64,000 bases of DNA from Nitrososphaeria archaeon. GTDB lineage: Archaea; Thermoproteota; Nitrososphaeria; Geothermarchaeales; JDFR-13. The stretch covers positions 224,001 through 288,000 of the forward strand of contig JALWXN010000004.1 in assembly GCA_027078545.1 (NCBI GenBank), in the 5' to 3' direction. Position 1 is the stretch's first letter. Each line of letters opens with the position of its first letter. Below the pieces are notes generated by a model. The model worked only from the letters and a program-made list of their open reading frames with translations. It did no database searches and was not told where the DNA came from. Below are positions 26,542 through 35,538 of the stretch, one piece after another. Both the position numbers and the translations under genes were made by a program.

Positions 26542-26938
26542 GCAGAGGAATATAACTAGGATCATGGAGAGCCTCTACAACGAGGTGGTGACTCTACAGA
26601 CCTCCCTCGAGGATAGGAGGAACGCCCTCCGCTTTCTTGAGAAGTATGGCTCTGTGGAGGAGGATATGGATGTTCTCTTCCCAGTCGGTGGCGGATTATA
26701 TCTAAGGGCTGTTATACAGCCGAAGTCAAAGATATTCAGGTCTGTAGGTGCCGGTGTATATCTCACAGACGATGTCTCCAAGGTCATCGATGTTCTGAAG
26801 AAGAATATTGAGGATCTTGAGAAGGCTCTTGAGGAGAGGAATGAGTTGTTGGAGAGGTATAGGGCTAGGTATGACGAGATAACCGCCGAGTTGTCGGAGC
26901 TATATTTCAAGCTGCAGGGTGGGGAGAGGAGGAAGTAG
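26504..26938 (+). CDS. pfdA: Prefoldin alpha subunit
   Basis: Coiled coil - beta hairpins (LFPVGGGLY, VGAGVY) - coiled coil; located before ftsY. Confidence 0.9.
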   Translation: MSLEERISSLIVEQRNITRIMESLYNEVVTLQTSLEDRRNALRFLEKYGSVEEDMDVLFPVGGGLYLRAVIQPKSKIFRSVGAGVYLTDDVSKVIDVLKKNIEDLEKALEERNELLERYRARYDEITAELSELYFKLQGGERRK

Positions 26939-26940
26939 GG

Positions 26941-27834
26941 GTGTTTAGGAATTTTAGGGAGGGTCTTAGGAGGATAGTTGATAAGGTTGGTTATACCGAG
27001 ATAACCTTGGATAGGCTGGAGCGTTTCAGGGATGATATCCTCATGTTCCTACTCGAGAACGATGTGGCGTATGAGGCTGCTGAGCGGTTTATAGAGAGCT
27101 TCTTCGAGTATCTGCGGGGGGCTAGGGTCAAGAGGTTCAGCAATATGGGTGAAGTCGTCTTCAACCATATGAAGACATACTTACTGGAGACCTTCTCGGG
27201 ACTCGAGTATGGAGACCTCTCAACCATGAGGGGTGGGGAGGGACCCCTAAAGATACTGGTCGTCGGGGTTAATGGGACGGGGAAGACTACGACCATCGCC
27301 AAGATGGCGTATAGATCTAGGCAGGCGGGGCTTAAGCCCCTACTAGTCTGTGCAGATACGTTTAGGGCTGGGGCGATCGAGCAGCTGAAGTTGCATGGAA
27401 CCAGGGTCGGTGTGGATGTCTATGCCTCTGAATATGGTCATGACCCTGCCGCGGTTGCCTATGACGCTGTGCAGCATGCCGTGGCTAGGGGTTATGACCA
27501 GGTGATTATAGATACTGCGGGGAGGCAGCACTCGAACGTGAATCTGATGGCCGAGTTGGCGAAGATACGCCGTGTCACGGAGCCAGACGTGACCCTACTT
27601 GTACTGGATGCGTTGACTGGGTCAGACGCTATTAGGCAGGCCGAGGAGTTTGATAGGGGGGTCGGTGTAGATACATATGTCTTTACGAAGGTGGATGCTG
27701 ATGTCAAGGGGGGAGCTATCCTAACCACCGCCTTTGTGAATCCGAAGCCCATCGTATATCTCGGTGTTGGGCAGGGATACGGCGATTTAATACCTTTCAA
27801 GGCTAATCTATTCGTCGATCAGCTTTTCTCATGA
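26941..27834 (+). CDS. ftsY: SRP receptor FtsY
   Basis: GVNGTGKTTTIAK, DTFRAGAIEQL, DTAGR, TKVDAD.KGG and GVGQGY.DL. Confidence 0.97.
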   Translation: MFRNFREGLRRIVDKVGYTEITLDRLERFRDDILMFLLENDVAYEAAERFIESFFEYLRGARVKRFSNMGEVVFNHMKTYLLETFSGLEYGDLSTMRGGEGPLKILVVGVNGTGKTTTIAKMAYRSRQAGLKPLLVCADTFRAGAIEQLKLHGTRVGVDVYASEYGHDPAAVAYDAVQHAVARGYDQVIIDTAGRQHSNVNLMAELAKIRRVTEPDVTLLVLDALTGSDAIRQAEEFDRGVGVDTYVFTKVDADVKGGAILTTAFVNPKPIVYLGVGQGYGDLIPFKANLFVDQLFS

Positions 27835-27844
27835 GGGGGGATGT

Positions 27845-28765
27845 ATGCATCTACTCTCGATATGGGATCTGTCTAGGGAGGAGATCCTTAAGCTGGTCTT
27901 CCTGACTGAGGAGATAAAATATGGATATATCGATGTGGAGGGCGTCCTAGAGGGCTACACCATGGGCATGATCTTTGAGAAGCCGTCTACCAGGACTAGG
28001 GTCTCATTCGAGGTGGCTATGAACCAGCTTGGGGGTAGGGCTCTATACCTACCCACCTCAACGCTCCAGGTGAGTAGGGGTGAGTCTATAAAGGATACGG
28101 TTAAGGTGCTGGAGAGGTATGTCGACATATTGATGGCTAGGGTCTATAGGCATGAGACTCTTGAGGAGATGGCGGAGCATGCATCTATACCAGTTATAAA
28201 CGGGTTATCCGACCGTGAGCATCCTGTACAGATAGTGTCGGACATGTTCACGATCTATGAGAGGTTTGGGAGGCTGTCGAGGCTTAAGATAGCGTTCATA
28301 GGGGATGGGGCTAATAATGTGGTTAGATCCCTTGTGATCGCCTCTGCTATGCTTGGCCTCAACATGTATGTAGCGGCTCCTAGGGAGTATTGGCTCCCAG
28401 AGGAGGAGTTGGAGAGGGTGTCTAGACTGGCTAGTGAGAATGGAGGCGTGGTGAGATATACTGAGGATCCCTATGAGGCGGTTGAGGATGCGGATGTCGT
28501 CTATACAGACACCTTCGTATCTATGGGGATGGAGGATGAGGCCACTAGGAGGCGCGAGCTCTTCCTTCCTAAGTACCAGGTGAATATGGACCTCATGTCA
28601 CACGCCTCTCAGGACGCCGTCTTTATGCACTGCCTACCGGCGCATAGGGGGGAGGAGGTGGTTGATGAGGTTATCGACTCTGAGTATAGCATCGTCTATG
28701 ACCAGGCGGAGAATAGGCTCCATACGCAGAAGACCATCATACTCTATCTCCTAGAGATGCTATAA
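27845..28765 (+). CDS. argF: Ornithine carbamoyltransferase
   Basis: FEKPSTRTRVSF, HPVQ, YTDTFVSMG, HCLPAHRGEE and DQAENRLH. Confidence 0.95.
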   Translation: MHLLSIWDLSREEILKLVFLTEEIKYGYIDVEGVLEGYTMGMIFEKPSTRTRVSFEVAMNQLGGRALYLPTSTLQVSRGESIKDTVKVLERYVDILMARVYRHETLEEMAEHASIPVINGLSDREHPVQIVSDMFTIYERFGRLSRLKIAFIGDGANNVVRSLVIASAMLGLNMYVAAPREYWLPEEELERVSRLASENGGVVRYTEDPYEAVEDADVVYTDTFVSMGMEDEATRRRELFLPKYQVNMDLMSHASQDAVFMHCLPAHRGEEVVDEVIDSEYSIVYDQAENRLHTQKTIILYLLEML

Positions 28766-28779
28766 TCCCCCTAGGCATC

Positions 28780-29574
28780 ATGTCAAGGAAGTATCTCGTC
28801 GTCTATACAGATAGGGATGAGGCCAGCCTCAATCTCTACAGGGCTCTAGAGGAGGTTATGTATAGCCTGGAGGCCAGCATCGACATTGAGTATCTAAAGA
28901 TTGATGACCACCCGATCTATGCAGATCATGTTGATGAGGTTATAGGAGTTAGGCCCAGCCTAGTAATATTCCTTTCTAGGCACAGCGCCAAGTCGGACAC
29001 ACCTACTATATCTGCCCATACCCCTGGGAATCCAGGTGATCAGAACCTCTATGGAGGGCTGCCCAGGTCGTTGCCAATGGCCTCTCCCTGCTTCATAGGG
29101 GGCTTCATAAGGAGGGCTTATCAAAACGTCGCTGTTAGTGGGCTCGACTATGTGGTGACCCTGGAGGTCACCCATCATGGTCCGACAGAATTGTCAGCTC
29201 CCGCGGCCTTCGTGGAGATTGGGCCTAGGCAGAGGAACTGGAATGATTCCAGCGCTGCCTATGTGGTCGCCAAGTCTCTGGTGGAGACGTTTGAGTCGCT
29301 TGATGACCAGACGTGTATACGTGCTGTCGGGTTTGGAGGGCCCCACTATGCCCCTATATTCACGAGTATGATCCTCAAGTCTAACTATGGTTTCGGGCAT
29401 ATAATCTCTAAGTATGTCCTCGAATCCTGTGACGAGAATATTATAGAGATGGCTGTTGAGAGGAATGGGGGTGTCGATGTTGCAGTGGTGAACTGGAAGG
29501 GTTTGAAGGGCGGTGTCCGTCAATGTGTATATTCAAAGCTACAGGAGATGGGCTTGGAGACTCTCCGTGTCTAG
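28780..29574 (+). CDS. dtdA: D-aminoacyl-tRNA deacylase (DTD2)
   Basis: FLSRH, AHTPGN, EVTHHGPT, FVEIG, GFGGPHYAP and GHIISKY. Confidence 0.93.
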   Translation: MSRKYLVVYTDRDEASLNLYRALEEVMYSLEASIDIEYLKIDDHPIYADHVDEVIGVRPSLVIFLSRHSAKSDTPTISAHTPGNPGDQNLYGGLPRSLPMASPCFIGGFIRRAYQNVAVSGLDYVVTLEVTHHGPTELSAPAAFVEIGPRQRNWNDSSAAYVVAKSLVETFESLDDQTCIRAVGFGGPHYAPIFTSMILKSNYGFGHIISKYVLESCDENIIEMAVERNGGVDVAVVNWKGLKGGVRQCVYSKLQEMGLETLRV

Positions 29575-29635
29575 AGGCGGCGGCATTAATTATATTATCT
29601 AGGACTATTAGTAGATGGTGTAGAGGGGGGATACA

Positions 29636-29791
29636 ATGCTGGACAAGCTGATAAATACGTTGAAGCTGGCTCGTAAACCGAGTTTCACGGAGTTTAAGGA
29701 GTATAGTAAGCTTATACTCTTGGGTGTGGCCTTACTAGGCTCTATAGGATTCGTCATCTACATCGTCTTCGAGGTATTCATAGTCGTGTGA
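29636..29791 (+). CDS. secE: SecE/Sec61-gamma; below the ORF-track cutoff
   Basis: Translated by hand: MLDKLINTLKLARKPSFTEFKEYSKLILLGVALLGSIGFVIYIVFEVFIVV; upstream of spt5. Confidence 0.93.
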   Translation: MLDKLINTLKLARKPSFTEFKEYSKLILLGVALLGSIGFVIYIVFEVFIVV

Positions 29792-29806
29792 AGGTGGTGT
29801 CCAGGG

Positions 29807-30265
29807 GTGTCTGGGGAGACTGGTAAGAAAAGATTTTTCCTCGTGAAGACTGTGGGTGGTCAGGAGGAGGATGCTGCTAGGATAGCTGAGATGTATGTAA
29901 AGGCGTCCAACGGGAAGATAAAGATATACAGCATCATCAAGCCACCCGCGTCCAAGGGTGAGTTGATTGTGGAGGCGGCTAGGTATACGGATGTATACAA
30001 TGCTTTTGAGGGGATAAAGAGCTTTAAACGTATCCTCCCTGGCCTGGTCTCCTTCGAGGAGATTAAGGAGTTGTTGGCCGAGGAGGAAGAGGTGGAGCTA
30101 AATATTGGTGACGAGGTTGAGATAATCTCTGGGCCTTTCAAGGGTATGAAGGCTAGGGTTGTGAATATCAAGGATAAGGAGGAGATCGTTATCCATCTGA
30201 GCGACGCGTCCGCAGCCCCTATCCCAATTATATTATCAAAGGACTATGTTAGAAAGATTAAGTGA
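29807..30265 (+). CDS. spt5: Transcription elongation factor Spt5 (NusG)
   Basis: VKTVGGQE NGN domain and KOW GDEVEIISGPFKGMKARV. Confidence 0.95.
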   Translation: MSGETGKKRFFLVKTVGGQEEDAARIAEMYVKASNGKIKIYSIIKPPASKGELIVEAARYTDVYNAFEGIKSFKRILPGLVSFEEIKELLAEEEEVELNIGDEVEIISGPFKGMKARVVNIKDKEEIVIHLSDASAAPIPIILSKDYVRKIK

Positions 30266-30277
30266 GGTGGTTGGGGT

Positions 30278-30781
30278 ATGGGTGATAAGAAGCAGGTTAT
30301 AGAGGCCCTCGTCTCGGGAGGTGCGGCTACTGCAGGGCCTCCACTTGGGCCTCAGCTAGGCCCACTTGGTGTCAATGTGAAGGCTGTGGTGGATAAGATC
30401 AATGAGCTGACTGCGGACTTCAAGGGTATGAAGGTCCCTGTGAAGGTCATAGTTGATGTAGAGACTAAGGAGTTCGAGGTGGAGGTAGGTATTCCCACCG
30501 TCTCGGCACTCATAGCTAAGGAGGCTGGTATAGAGAAGGGTTCTAGTGAGCCTGGCAGGGTATTTGTGGGCAACCTGACTTTTGACCAGGTCCTCAAGAT
30601 AAGTAGGATTATTAACCAGAAGATTGGGCTTGATAACCTCAAGTCTGTTGCTCTCCAGGTTATTGGGACCTGTGTAAGTATGGGGGTTAAGGTGGATGGG
30701 AAGGATCCTAAGCAGGTTACTAGGGAGGTTAAGGAGGGTAAGTACGATAAATACTTTGAAGACGTAAGTATTGAGACTTAG
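30278..30781 (+). CDS. rpl11: Ribosomal protein uL11
   Basis: GGAATAGPPLGPQLGPLG, GMKVPVKV and GTCVSMGV. Confidence 0.97.
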   Translation: MGDKKQVIEALVSGGAATAGPPLGPQLGPLGVNVKAVVDKINELTADFKGMKVPVKVIVDVETKEFEVEVGIPTVSALIAKEAGIEKGSSEPGRVFVGNLTFDQVLKISRIINQKIGLDNLKSVALQVIGTCVSMGVKVDGKDPKQVTREVKEGKYDKYFEDVSIET

Positions 30782-30798
30782 TTGGGAGGTGTTGATAC

Positions 30799-31467
30799 AT
30801 GTCCCTATCTCTAAGGGCGGTCAAGGTTGTTGATGAGGAGGCTCTTAGGAAGGCTATAAAGGAGGCGCTTGAGAAGAGTAAGCCTAGACGTTTTAGACAG
30901 TCTGTAGATCTTATAGTCTCGCTCTCCGGCCTGGATCTGAAGAAGCCGGAGAATAGGATTAGGGCTGCTATAAGGCTTCCCCACGGCCCCTCCAAGCCTA
31001 GGAAGATAGCTATGTTTGCCGAGGGTATAATGGCTCAGAAGGCTGAGGAGGCGGGGGTTGACAGGGTCATCAGTGAGAAGGAATTGTTGGAGCTCCAGGG
31101 CCAGAAGAGGGCTATAAAGAAGCTGGCTAATCAGTATGACTTCTTCCTGGCGGAGCCTAAGATGATGGCTAATGTTGGTCGTGTAATGGGTTTCGCCCTT
31201 GGACCCCGTGGGAAGATCCCGCAGATCGTGCCTCCCAACGCTGATGTCAAGAGGATGGTCGAGGATCTCCGTAAATCGGTCCTGGTTAATGTGAGGAACA
31301 ACCCTATGGTTCTAGTCTCTATTGGGCATGAGGAGATGGATATTGACCAGCTTGTCGAGAATGCGAAGGCCTTCTTGGAGGCCCTTTCCTCAAAGCTTCC
31401 CGAGAAGGCTGTGATAGACAGGATATATGTGAAGACTACTATGGGCCCGGCTGTGAGGGTTATCTAG
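30799..31467 (+). CDS. rpl1: Ribosomal protein uL1
   Basis: RRFRQSVDL, LGPRGK and YVKTTMGP. Confidence 0.97.
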   Translation: MSLSLRAVKVVDEEALRKAIKEALEKSKPRRFRQSVDLIVSLSGLDLKKPENRIRAAIRLPHGPSKPRKIAMFAEGIMAQKAEEAGVDRVISEKELLELQGQKRAIKKLANQYDFFLAEPKMMANVGRVMGFALGPRGKIPQIVPPNADVKRMVEDLRKSVLVNVRNNPMVLVSIGHEEMDIDQLVENAKAFLEALSSKLPEKAVIDRIYVKTTMGPAVRVI

Positions 31468-31482
31468 CGGGGTGTATATGGG

Positions 31483-32361
31483 ATGAGTGTGGCTGCTAAG
31501 AGGGAGAGGAGGATCCCTGAGAAGAAGGTTAGGATGAGGAAGGAGTTTGAGGAGCTGCTTAGGAATAACCGCTACCTACTTGTTGTCGATGCGTATAGGC
31601 TGAAGGCCTCTATGGCTAATGAGGTTAGGAGGCTCCAGCCGAAGCTGGGCTTCAGGATGAAGGGCGGTAAGATGAGGGTTTTGTTGAAGGCTATTGAGAA
31701 TGTCTATCCGGAGGCTGCTAAGGAGCTTGCCGATAAGCTTAGTGGCCAGCTGCTATTCATCTTCACCAATGAGAATCCCTTCAGGATAGCGTATGAGCTG
31801 GATAAGTTTGAGGTGGCTATGGAGGCCTCTCCGGGTGACATAGCACCTGAGGACATCATCATACCGGAGGGTAACACTGGTATCCCTCCAGGGCCGGTGA
31901 TAGGTGTCTTCTCGGCCCTGAGCATCCCGACTAAGATCGTGGCCGGGAGCATCTATGTGGCTAAGGATGTCTTGGTTGCTAAGAAGGGTGATAAGATCTC
32001 ACCCAACTTGGCCAATATACTCTCGAAGCTCGGTATAAAGCCTATCAAGTCCAAGGTCTCGATAAAGTTTGCCTATGACTTCGTGGATAACATATTGATA
32101 CCTAGGGAGCTGCTGATACCCGATATAGAGGCTATCAAGAGTGATATTGAGAAGGCTGCTCTCAATGCGTTTAAGCTGGCTATGGAGATAGAGTACATCA
32201 CTAGGAGGACTATAGAGCCACTCCTACTAATGGCTATGAATAGGGCTAGGGCGTTGGCTGTCGAGGCTGAGTACATCGACAAGTCTACTATAGAGTACCT
32301 CATCACCATGGCTGTGGCCAGGGCTAATAGGCTAGCCTCGGAGGCTGGTATCGGTGAATAG
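31483..32361 (+). CDS. rpl10: Ribosomal protein uL10 (P0)
   Basis: FTNENPF, GDIAPEDIIIPEGNTGIPPGP and LSKLGIKP. Confidence 0.95.
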   Translation: MSVAAKRERRIPEKKVRMRKEFEELLRNNRYLLVVDAYRLKASMANEVRRLQPKLGFRMKGGKMRVLLKAIENVYPEAAKELADKLSGQLLFIFTNENPFRIAYELDKFEVAMEASPGDIAPEDIIIPEGNTGIPPGPVIGVFSALSIPTKIVAGSIYVAKDVLVAKKGDKISPNLANILSKLGIKPIKSKVSIKFAYDFVDNILIPRELLIPDIEAIKSDIEKAALNAFKLAMEIEYITRRTIEPLLLMAMNRARALAVEAEYIDKSTIEYLITMAVARANRLASEAGIGE

Positions 32362-32416
32362 CATATTTATATAGCGACTCCCAAGTCTAATTATAAGGTA
32401 AAGGAGGGATCCAGCC

Positions 32417-32731
32417 ATGAAATACATATATGCAGCCCTGCTTCTACACGACGCTGGGAAGGAGATTAATGAGGAGAACCTTAGCAAGATATTCAAGGCT
32501 ATAGGGGAGGATCCCGACGAGGCTAAGATAAAGAGTCTGGTTGCTTCGCTGGAGGGTATAAATATAGACGAGGTCTTGGAGAAGGCTGTGGCTATGCCTG
32601 TGGCAGCGCCTGCGGCTCCAGCACCTGCTGAGCAGCCGGCCGAGGAGGAGAAGAAGGAGGAGAAGCCTGCGGAGGAGGAGAAGGAGGAGGAAGAGGAGTC
32701 CTTCGAGGGTCTCAGCGCCCTCTTCGGCTAG
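32417..32731 (+). CDS. rpl12: Ribosomal stalk protein P1 (aL12)
   Basis: [11 protein letters not shown], Ala/Pro hinge and acidic tail ending GLSALFG. Confidence 0.97.
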   Translation: MKYIYAALLLHDAGKEINEENLSKIFKAIGEDPDEAKIKSLVASLEGINIDEVLEKAVAMPVAAPAAPAPAEQPAEEEKKEEKPAEEEKEEEEESFEGLSALFG

Positions 32732-32793
32732 CCCACCCACCACACTAATTTTTCCCTCATACTCCCTACATACCTTTTATTGGTGGGCTGCCT

Positions 32794-35538
32794 TTGGAGT
32801 ATGAGATTGATCCTAAGGAGTTCGACATCAGTTTTATGCGTGAGAACGGCTTTGTTAGGCGTCAGTGTAGGTCGTGTGGCTCATTCTTCTGGACGCAGAA
32901 CCCTGATCAGGAGCTATGTGGGGAGGCTCCATGTGTAGACTACACGTTCTTCGACTCACCCCCCACTAGGAGGAGCTACTCTATCGGTGAGCTTAGGCGG
33001 GAGTTCCTAAGATTCTTCGAGGAGAATGGCCACACCATTATTGATCCCTATCCAGTGGTCGCTAGGTGGAGGGATGACCTCCTCATAACTATAGCCTCGA
33101 TAGCGGATTTCCAGCCCCACGTGACCTCCGGAATGTCCAGCCCACCGGCTAACCCATTGGTCGTCTCCCAGCCCTGCCTACGCTTCGAGGATATAGATAG
33201 GGTGGGCTACACCTCCGGGAGGCATATGACTATCTTCGAGATGGGTGGGGCCCACGCCTTCAATGATAAGAGGAAGGGTGTGGAGATATACTGGAAGGAT
33301 AAGACAATAGAGTATCACCACCTCTTCGCAACTGAGAGGCTGGGTATACCCTCTGAGATGATTACCTATAAGGAGCACTTCTGGATTGGTGGTGGGAACG
33401 CGGGGCCTGATGTAGAGGGTATAGTGGCTGGTCTTGAGGTCTCAACACTGGTCTTCATGAGGTATAGGATCGATGAGGAGGGTAGGCTCCACGACATACC
33501 TATATGGACTGTGGATACTGGATATGGTATTGAGAGGTGGACCTGGCTCTCCCAGGGCACGTACTCGGCCTTCGAGGCTATCTATGGTGAGATTAATGAC
33601 TGGATCCTCCAGGCCCTGGATATAGATGTGGATAGGGATACGCTGAGAAGATTCGCCCTTGTCAGTCCTAACCTCAAGGAGGAGGATCTCCCAAGGCTTG
33701 GGAGCATTCTCGAGAATGTTGGGCTTGGGGATAGGGAGCCCGATATCCGTAGACTTATCTATGCCTATAAACTGCTCGACCATAGTAAGGCGGCGGTCTT
33801 CCTAATCAGTGACGGTGGGGTTCCATCCAATGTGCGTGAGGGCTATCTCACACGTATGCTTCTGAGGAGGATCTTCAAGGTTGTTGATGAGCTGGGCCTG
33901 GATTACGAAATTGTTTATAAACTGTTTGAGAGGCAGGTGGGCTACTGGGGTGGGGACTTCCCAAGGGTGGCGGAGGCTGGTAGGATAATTCCTGAGATCC
34001 TAGATATCGAGATTAGGAAGTATCGTGAGATCTTGAGGAATGTCCCTAAATATGTTAAGCAGCTCATGAGGAAGGGCTATAAACCCGGTCTGGAGATGTT
34101 GATAGAGCTATACGACTCCTACGGCGTCCATCCAGACTATGTCAGGGAGCACCTCTTGAGGGAGTATGGAGTCGATCTAGAGGTTCCCCACAACTTTACA
34201 GAGCTGGTGGCTAGGAGGCATCTAGAAAGGTCTGTGGAGAGGCGTGTAGAGAGGAGGCCGGAGATACCTGACCTGCCTAGGACATCCAAACTCTTCTATA
34301 CTAACCAGTATATGGATAGGGCGAGTGCCAAGGTGCTATGGGCCAGTGGTAGGAGGCTTGTGCTTGACAGGACTGTCTTCTACCCCACGGGTGGGGGGCA
34401 GATCCATGATACCGGGGTGATAAGGAGTGGTGATCTGGAGGCCCGTGTAGTAGATGTCCAAGATGTTGATGGGGTTGTCCTCCACATTCTTGATAGAGAG
34501 TCTCCCTTCAAGCCTGGTGATGAGGTTTGGCTTGAGATTGACTGGCCACGTAGATACAGGATTATGAAGCACCATACATCTACCCATATCCTCCTATCCG
34601 CTGCTAGACGGGCTCTAGGCCCCCATATATGGCAGACAGGGGTCATTAAGCAGCCTGACTACGCCCATCTGGACATAACTCATTACAGGGGTCTTAGCCA
34701 GGAGGAGGTTAGGAGGATTGAGGAGATGGTTAATAGGATTATCAGGGAGGGGAGGGTGGTACAGGCCAGCTATATGGATCGTGGGGAGGCAGAGCGTAGG
34801 TATGGCGTCACCATTTACCAGGGAGGCGTTGTGCCTGGTGAGAAGCTACGTATAGTGACTGTTGAGGATTGGGATGTGGAGGCGTGTGGAGGTACACATG
34901 TTAGGAACACCTCTGAGATAACGCTATTCAAGATAATAGGTGTTGAGAAGATCCAAGATGGTGTTCTAAGGATACAGTATGTGGCTGGTGATGCGGCTAT
35001 AGAGACTCTTGAGAAGGGCTACGAGGCCTTGAAGAGCCTCTCCGCTAGGCTCTCCACGGGATTAGAGGATGTCCCTAGGAGGGTGGAGGAGCTTCTAGAG
35101 GAGATAGAGGATATGGGGAGGAGGTATCGTGGGCTGAGGGAGGAGCTGGTGAGATGGATATCGGAGAGCCTGGCTGGGAAGGCGGAGAGGGTGGATGGAT
35201 ATAGGTTGGCGGTCTTCTCCTATGACGATGTGGACACTGTGATTAAGGTGGGTGAGTATCTAACGGAGAAGTATCCCGACATCATGTTTATCGGGGTGGC
35301 CAAGACCGGTAGGGGTGTAAACATAGTTGTTAGGATCGGTTCAAGCCTAGTCGGGGTCGTCGAGCCTAGGAGGGTGGCGGAGGCATTGGGTGAGAAGTGT
35401 CTAGAGAGGTATGGAGGGAAGGGTGATGAGAGATACTACCGTATAGGAGGCGTGATGAGCTGTGGAGACAAAGATATAAACGAGGCTATACGTGAAATCA
35501 TATATGATGTCTCGGGAGAAGGAAGGCTCTCCTCATGA
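32794..35538 (+). CDS. alaS: Alanyl-tRNA synthetase
   Basis: YPVVARWRDD, ASIADFQP, VDTGYGIER, editing motifs HTSTH...CGGTH and C-Ala domain. TTG start. Confidence 0.97.
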   Translation: MEYEIDPKEFDISFMRENGFVRRQCRSCGSFFWTQNPDQELCGEAPCVDYTFFDSPPTRRSYSIGELRREFLRFFEENGHTIIDPYPVVARWRDDLLITIASIADFQPHVTSGMSSPPANPLVVSQPCLRFEDIDRVGYTSGRHMTIFEMGGAHAFNDKRKGVEIYWKDKTIEYHHLFATERLGIPSEMITYKEHFWIGGGNAGPDVEGIVAGLEVSTLVFMRYRIDEEGRLHDIPIWTVDTGYGIERWTWLSQGTYSAFEAIYGEINDWILQALDIDVDRDTLRRFALVSPNLKEEDLPRLGSILENVGLGDREPDIRRLIYAYKLLDHSKAAVFLISDGGVPSNVREGYLTRMLLRRIFKVVDELGLDYEIVYKLFERQVGYWGGDFPRVAEAGRIIPEILDIEIRKYREILRNVPKYVKQLMRKGYKPGLEMLIELYDSYGVHPDYVREHLLREYGVDLEVPHNFTELVARRHLERSVERRVERRPEIPDLPRTSKLFYTNQYMDRASAKVLWASGRRLVLDRTVFYPTGGGQIHDTGVIRSGDLEARVVDVQDVDGVVLHILDRESPFKPGDEVWLEIDWPRRYRIMKHHTSTHILLSAARRALGPHIWQTGVIKQPDYAHLDITHYRGLSQEEVRRIEEMVNRIIREGRVVQASYMDRGEAERRYGVTIYQGGVVPGEKLRIVTVEDWDVEACGGTHVRNTSEITLFKIIGVEKIQDGVLRIQYVAGDAAIETLEKGYEALKSLSARLSTGLEDVPRRVEELLEEIEDMGRRYRGLREELVRWISESLAGKAERVDGYRLAVFSYDDVDTVIKVGEYLTEKYPDIMFIGVAKTGRGVNIVVRIGSSLVGVVEPRRVAEALGEKCLERYGGKGDERYYRIGGVMSCGDKDINEAIREIIYDVSGEGRLSS

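Noticed and set aside
32600-32700. Low-complexity GAG/AAG repeats
   Set aside because: They encode the normal Ala/Pro hinge and acidic tail of stalk protein P1.
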